The notes under the pieces are model-generated. The model was not told the DNA's origin. It did not search any database and was given only the letters and a program-made list of their open reading frames with translations. Source: the human T2T-CHM13v2.0 reference genome, Homo sapiens. Taken from it: a DNA stretch of 64,000 bases. The translations under genes and the position numbers were made by a program. Position 1 is the stretch's first letter. Each line of letters opens with the position of its first letter. Location: NCBI RefSeq assembly GCF_009914755.1, contig NC_060931.1; one strand, 5' to 3'. Shown here one piece after another: positions 57,664-64,000 of the stretch.

Positions 57664-58627
57664 TGTTACAGTAGGTAGTCAGGCAGACATCAGCAGGGCC
57701 GGAGAGGGTTCCCTCTCGACCAGGAATGTCAGAAGACCATCAGGTGATGGGCAGGTAGTTGTTAAGTTGTCTCTCTAAAATAGTAATTGGTCATAGCTAG
57801 CACCAGGGAAAGGCAGTCTCCCAATAGGTAGAAAAACCTGAAGCAGGTGATCAACTTCTCAATAAGATCTCAGGAGTTGGGTGAATGGACTCATGTATAT
57901 GCACTAAATAACAGTAATTGGTTGTAGCCAGCATCAGGGAAAGGCAGTCTCTAAACAGGTAGAAAAACCTGAAACTGGTGATCAGCTTCTCAATAAGATC
58001 TCAGGAGTTGGGTGAATGGACTCATGTATATGCACTAAGTAACAGTAATTGGTTGTAGCCAGCATCAGGGAAAGGCAGTCTCTAAACAGGTAGAAAAACC
58101 TGAAACTGGTGATCAGCTTCTCAATAAGATCTCAGGAGTTGGGTGAATGGGCTCGTGTATGTGCACTAAGTGGCAAAGTGGCAGAGTTTAACAGGTGCAT
58201 GACCTTCTAGGAGCATCCAACTCAAGAGAGCATGAGTGCAACTCCAGTACACCCATGTGTACTGTACACTGTATACACATGTGGCCTCTCCTAGGTGCTG
58301 GCAGGCCACTGTGCATGTGGACAGCCCACCCCAAGGGGAGAATAAGGGGAGAAGGGACACAAGACCCTGGAAGTATGCCAACATATAAAACCCTAAGTCA
58401 AAGGTCAAACCACGCACTTGATAGCTCACACTGCCCACTTGGCCTTCTTCCAAGTGGACTTTACTTCCTTTTGTTCCTGTTCTAAAGCTGTTTAATAAAC
58501 TTTCACTCCTGCCTTAAAATTTGCCTCAGTCTCTCACTCTGCCTTATGCCCCTTGGTTGAATTCTTTCTTCTGAGAAGGCAAGAATTGTGGTTGCTGCAG
58601 ACCCATACAGATTGGCCACTGGTAACA
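57664..58627 (+). mobile_element. MER50-like solo LTR with internal 131-bp triplication
   Basis: TGTTACAGTAGGTAG...GGTAACA; TSD tgac. Confidence 0.85.
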
Positions 58628-58985
58628 TGACAAAGTCAGATTCATGTCAGGTAAGCATGTCTGGTTCAACAGCCAAAAATCAATCAATTTAGTCATATTT
58701 AACATTTTAAAAGTCAATCAACATAATCCACCATATCAACAAACTAAAGAAGAAAATCATATAACCATATCAAGTGAAACAGAAAAAACATCTGACAAAA
58801 TACAACACCCATTCATGATAAAAACTTTCAGAAATTAAAGAAGAGAAGAATTAACTGAACTTGGTAAAGAACAACTACAAAAATTCTACAGCTAATGTGA
58901 AGGACTGAAAAAATTGAATGCTTTCTCTATAAGATTGGGAAGGAGCCAAGAATATTTACTCCCACCACTGCTAGTCAACATCATA

Positions 58986-59353
58986 CAGATGCTCCTTGAG
59001 TTATGATGAGATTTGATCCTGAAAAACCACTGTAAATTGCAAATATGGTTAAGTGGAAAATGCATTTAATACACCTAATATACTGAACATCCTAGTTTAG
59101 CCTAACCTACCTTAAACATGCTCAGAACATTTATGTTAGCATACAGTTGGACAAAAATCACCTAACACAAAGCCTATTTTATAATAAAATGTTGACCATC
59201 TCATATAATTTATTAAATACTATACTGAAAGTTAAAAAGCAAAGCAGATATATGGGTAATTGAAGTACAGTTTCTAGTGAATACATATCACTTTTGCATC
59301 ATTATAAAGTTGAAAAATTGTAAGTTGAACAACCATAAGTCAGGAAATGTTGG
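58986..59353 (+). mobile_element. MER47A (Tigger) DNA transposon relic
   Basis: taCAGATGCTCC...gaaaatgcatttaatacaccta...; TA flanks. Confidence 0.8.
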
Positions 59354-59529
59354 TACCAGAAGTGCTAGCCAGCTCAATAAAATAAGAAAAATAAAAGGTA
59401 TACAGATTGGAAAAGAAGGAATTAAATGGTCTTTATTTGAAGATGACATCAACTTTGATGTAGAAAATCCCAAGAAATCTACAAACGAATCCCTCCTAGA
59501 ACTAAGTGAGATCAGTAAGGTTACAAGAC

Positions 59530-59995
59530 AGTATTATATTCAGCTTTTAAAAAGAAGGAAATCCTGTCATCTCTGACAATATGGATGAACTTGGAGGACA
59601 TTATGCTAAATGAAAAATAAACCAGGCAAGCACTCCATGATCTCACTTATATGTAGAATCTAAAAAAGTTGAAATCACAAAAACAGAGAATAAAATTACA
59701 GTTATCAGGGACTGAGGAGTTGTGAGGTGGGGAGATATTGAGGAAAGGATACACAATTTCAGTTATGCAGTAGGAGAAAGTTCAGGAGATCTATTATATA
59801 ATATGGTGGCTATAGCTAACAGTCTATTGTACACTTGAAATTCCTGAGAGATTAGATTTTAAATGATCTCAGTAAGTATGTGAAGTAATTGATATGTTAA
59901 TTAGCTTGATTTAGCCATTCCACAATGTATACAGATATCAAAACATCATGTAACTATAAATCTATACAATTTTTATTTGCCTATTTGAAAAATTA
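59530..59995 (+). mobile_element. L1MA 3' UTR nested in the older L1
   Basis: atggatgaacttggaggacattatgctaaatgaa; ttagcttgatttagccattccacaatgtat. Confidence 0.8.
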
Positions 59996-60194
59996 ATCCT
60001 ATTAATTAACACAAAAAATCACATTTCTATTTACTAACAATAAACATGTTACATTCACTCCAAAGAAGATGAAATACTTAGGTATACCCTTGTCAAGACA
60101 AGTATAGGATCTTTATTCTTAAAATTACAAAATGTGGGTGAAAGAAATCAGTGACTTAATGAAAGGAGAGACATATTGCTTTCATGGATGAAAA

Positions 60195-60742
60195 CAGGTG
60201 TCCCCAACTCCCGGGCCATGGACCGGTACCAGATAGCAAGAGGTGAGCGGTGGTTAGGAACTGGACTGCACAGCAGAGGGAGAACGGCAGGCTAGAGAGA
60301 GAAGCTTCATCTGTGTTTACAGCTGCTTCCCATCGCTCGCATTACCACCTGAGCTCCACCTCCTGTCAGATCAGCAGTAGCATTAGATTCTCATAGAAGT
60401 GTGAATGTTATTGTGAACTACACATGTGAGGGATCTAGGTTGTATGCTCCTTAGGAGAATCTAATGCCTGATGATCTGTCACTATCTCCCATCACCCTTA
60501 GATGGGACTGTCTAGTTGCAGGAAAACAAGCTCAGGGTTCCCACTGATTCCACATTATGGTGAGTTGTATAATTATTTCATTATACATTACAATGTAATA
60601 ATAATAGAAATAAAGTGCATAATCAATGTGATGTGCTTGAATGATCCCGAAACCATCCCCCACCTTGGTCCATGGAAAAATTGTCTTCCACGAAACCAGT
60701 CTCTGGTGCCAGAAAGGTGATGACGCTATTCCTAGACCACTG
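60195..60742 (+). mobile_element. MER1A
   Basis: caggtgtccccaac...gcattagattctcatag...ctggtgccagaaagg. Confidence 0.88.
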
Positions 60743-61438
60743 GACTAGAAGACTCAACATAATAAAGATGCCAATTCTCCCAAGTTGACTTATAGGTTTA
60801 AGGCAATTCTTATCAATATCCTGGTGAATTTTAGTAGGCACAGACAAGTTTATTCTATAATTTACATGGAAATACACAGATCTTAGAAGAGTTAAAACAA
60901 TCTTGACAGGAAAGAATAAAGTACAAGAAATCACTTAACTGATATTAAGTCTTACTATATAGTTACAGTAATCAAAATAGTGTAGAATTGGCAGCAGGAC
61001 AGACACATGGATCAATGAAACAGAACAGAGAACCCAGAAATACACCCACATAAATATGCCCAATTGATTTTTGGCAAAGTCATCAAAGTAATTCAATGGA
61101 GAAAGGACAGCCCTTTCAACAAATGATGCTGGGGTAAGTGGATATTTGTAGGTAAGAAAATGAATCTTGACCTAAAGGTGTGAACCTTATCCAAAAATTA
61201 ACTAAATTCTGGATCATGGACTTAAATGTAAAACATAGAACTATAAAACTTTTAGAAGAAAAAAATAGGAGAAAATCTTCAGTATCTAGGGCTAGGCAGA
61301 GTTCTTAGACTTGACACTAAAATCACAGTCCATACTGGGAAAAATCGAAAAGCTAGACCACATCAAAATTAAAAGCTTTTGTTCTTCCAAAGGTTGTAAG
61401 AAGAGAATGAAAAGATAAACTACACACTTGCAGAAGAC

Positions 61439-61653
61439 ATTTGCAAACAACATATCTGACCAAGGAGTAGTATACAAAATATATAAAGAATTCTCAAAAC
61501 TCAAGAACAAAACAAAACAAAACAAAACAAAACAAAAACAACTAACCAATTTGCAAACAACATATCTGGCCAAGGAGTAGTATACAAAATATATAAAGAC
61601 TTCTCAAAACTCAAGAGCAAAACAAAACAAAACACAAAAACAACTAACCAATT
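61439..61653. repeat. ~110-bp tandem duplication within L1
   Basis: atttgcaaacaacatatctg...caactaaccaat x2. Confidence 0.95.
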
Positions 61654-62139
61654 AGAATATGGGCAAAAGACATCAACAGACATTTCACAGAAGAGGACAT
61701 ACAGATGGTAAATGATCACTGTTAAAGATTAGCCATCAGAGAAATGCAAAACTGCAGTTGAGAGATCACTCCACACCTACCAGAATGGCTAAAATATAAA
61801 ATAGTGACATACCAAAGCTGGTGAGAATCAGAAAACCTGAATCACTCATACATTGCTGGTGAGAATGTAAAATGCTACCATCACTGTGGAAAAAAAATAG
61901 CAGTTTCTTATAAAACAAAACATGCAGTTATGATACCAACCTGCAAGTGCATTTGAGCTCTTTTATCCTGGAGAAATGGAAACATGTTTACACAAAAGCC
62001 TGCATACAAATGGTCGCAGCAGCTTTATTCATAAAAACCAAAAACTTGAGACAGCCTAGGTGTCCATCAACACGTGAGTGGGTTAAATAAGTTTCATACC
62101 ATGAAACAGTTCATCCTGTAAAATACTACTCAGCAGTAA

Positions 62140-62328
<189 letters not shown>

Positions 62329-64000
62329 TAAATAGAGATGGGGTTTCTGCCATGTTTCCCAGGCTGGTCTCAAACTCCTGGGCTCAAGCAATCCCCCCAC
62401 CTCAGCCTCCCAAGTGCTAGGCTTATGGACATGAGCCACCCATGCCTGGCCCAGAGCAAATTATTGATACAACAATTTGAATGAATCTCAAGCATATTAT
62501 GATGGAAGAAAAACGCCCACTCCAAAATTACATAGTATGTGACTCCATTTATATACAATTTTTGCAATGGCAAAATTTTAGACTTTTTAGAAAACCAAGA
62601 CCTAGTTGACAGAGTTAGGGGTGGGGGTGGGAATGAGGAGATGTTGTCATTAAAGGGCAACAGGGGTGATGGAATTGTTCAATAGCTTGATTGTGGTGGT
62701 AGACACAGAAACCTACACACATGTGATAAAACTGTATGGAAGTCAACACACTTTCACATGTGAGTACAAGCAAAACTGGGGAACTCCGAAGACTATTAGC
62801 AGTTTGTATCAATATCAAAATCTCAGTTATGATATTGTATTATGGTTTTGGAAAATGTTACCATTAGGAGAAAATTGGGTGGAGTGTACATGGGATCTTT
62901 CTGAATGATTTCCTACAACTGCATGTGAGTCTACAGCCATTTCAATAACTTAAAAAAATCCAGCTTGCATAGTGCCAGATTTAACAGACATTGGGAAGTA
63001 AATGGGGAAAGTAAATATAAGCCAAATTTTCTTCCAGGAAAAATAAGAGGTTAGTTTTTCCTTTGAATTTAATATTCAGACAAATATAATTTTAAATACA
63101 TATTTCATGAAGGTAAAGAAAATCAGTAAAAGGCTTCTAACAAGAAGAGCTATTGTTCCATTTAATTTAGGAGATAAAATATACAAAACAATCAATAGAG
63201 CAAAAGATGGAAAATAAAATAGCTTAAAAGCAAAAAGAATAATATGGGGCCACTGAACTGTGAACAAGCAACAGTTATAACAGGATTGCCAATGGATTAA
63301 ACCACTCTATTAAAAGACAAATTCTCTCAGACTGGCTTATAAAAATAATTCTGACACGATGATTTTTATAGAGAGGGACATCTAAAAAAGTAGATTTTTT
63401 TTAAAGAAAAAGGATGAATGAGGTTATACCCAGTGAAAACAAATAAAGAGAAAATGAGATGAGGTTAGTATTAATATTAGAAAAGGAGGATTCAAGAAAA
63501 AAATAATGGATGGACCACGAAGGCTATTTATAGGTATAAATGGTAATCATGGATGCATAATGGAAGTGCCATATATTAATTTAATGAACAGCTGTAATTC
63601 AAATATAAAGCTCATGTCTGTTCCTTACACACCATCTCAGCTCCTCCAACCCTAGTCCGAGTCATCCGCATGCCTCCCAGACTCCTAAAATAACTTCATA
63701 ACTGGGTCCCCATTTCCATTCTAGCCCCTACACTCCTTCACACAGCAACCAATGATGTACTTTGCATACAGATTAAATCAATCCACTCAAGTTCTTAAAA
63801 CACTCCAATGAGAACTGCTTGTACATGAAATCATATCCAAACTCCACACACTGATGAGATGAGAGACAGTTCTTCCTCACGTGTCAATTCACCCTTTCTT
63901 AATGGCAACCAAATCCCCAATTTTTAAAATTCTTGGACCAGGACTGTTCGGAATAAAGACGACATTTCCCAGCTTCCCTTGCTGCCACGTATGGCACGTG

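Overview
Primate (human-like) genomic DNA, apparently intergenic or lncRNA-intronic. About 60 Alu copies or fragments, about 15 ERV/MaLR LTRs, three MER1A and other DNA-transposon relics, one MADE1 MITE and a near-full-length ancient L1M (52.4-63 kb) fill most of the window. No protein-coding exon is supported: the supplied ORFs are Alu, LTR or L1 read-throughs, or short open stretches. The notable signal is self-similarity in sequence I cannot assign to known repeats. (1) Two long inverted repeats: 15334-16267, with ~310-bp arms whose outer half is ~95% identical, and 45292-46390, with ~170-bp arms, one split by an Alu. (2) A ~255-bp dispersed direct repeat (4934 and 9158). (3) A 44-bp tandem duplication made of two perfect palindromes. 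(4) An insertion in an Alu apparently templated from a site 3.8 kb away. (5) Many short local tandem duplications. My leading hypothesis, which is inference only, is a fold-back/dsRNA-forming non-coding locus (endo-siRNA or pachytene-piRNA-like) and/or a template-switching-prone locus. Repeat subfamily names come from recalled consensus sequences and need RepeatMasker confirmation. Identities and boundaries are by eye.
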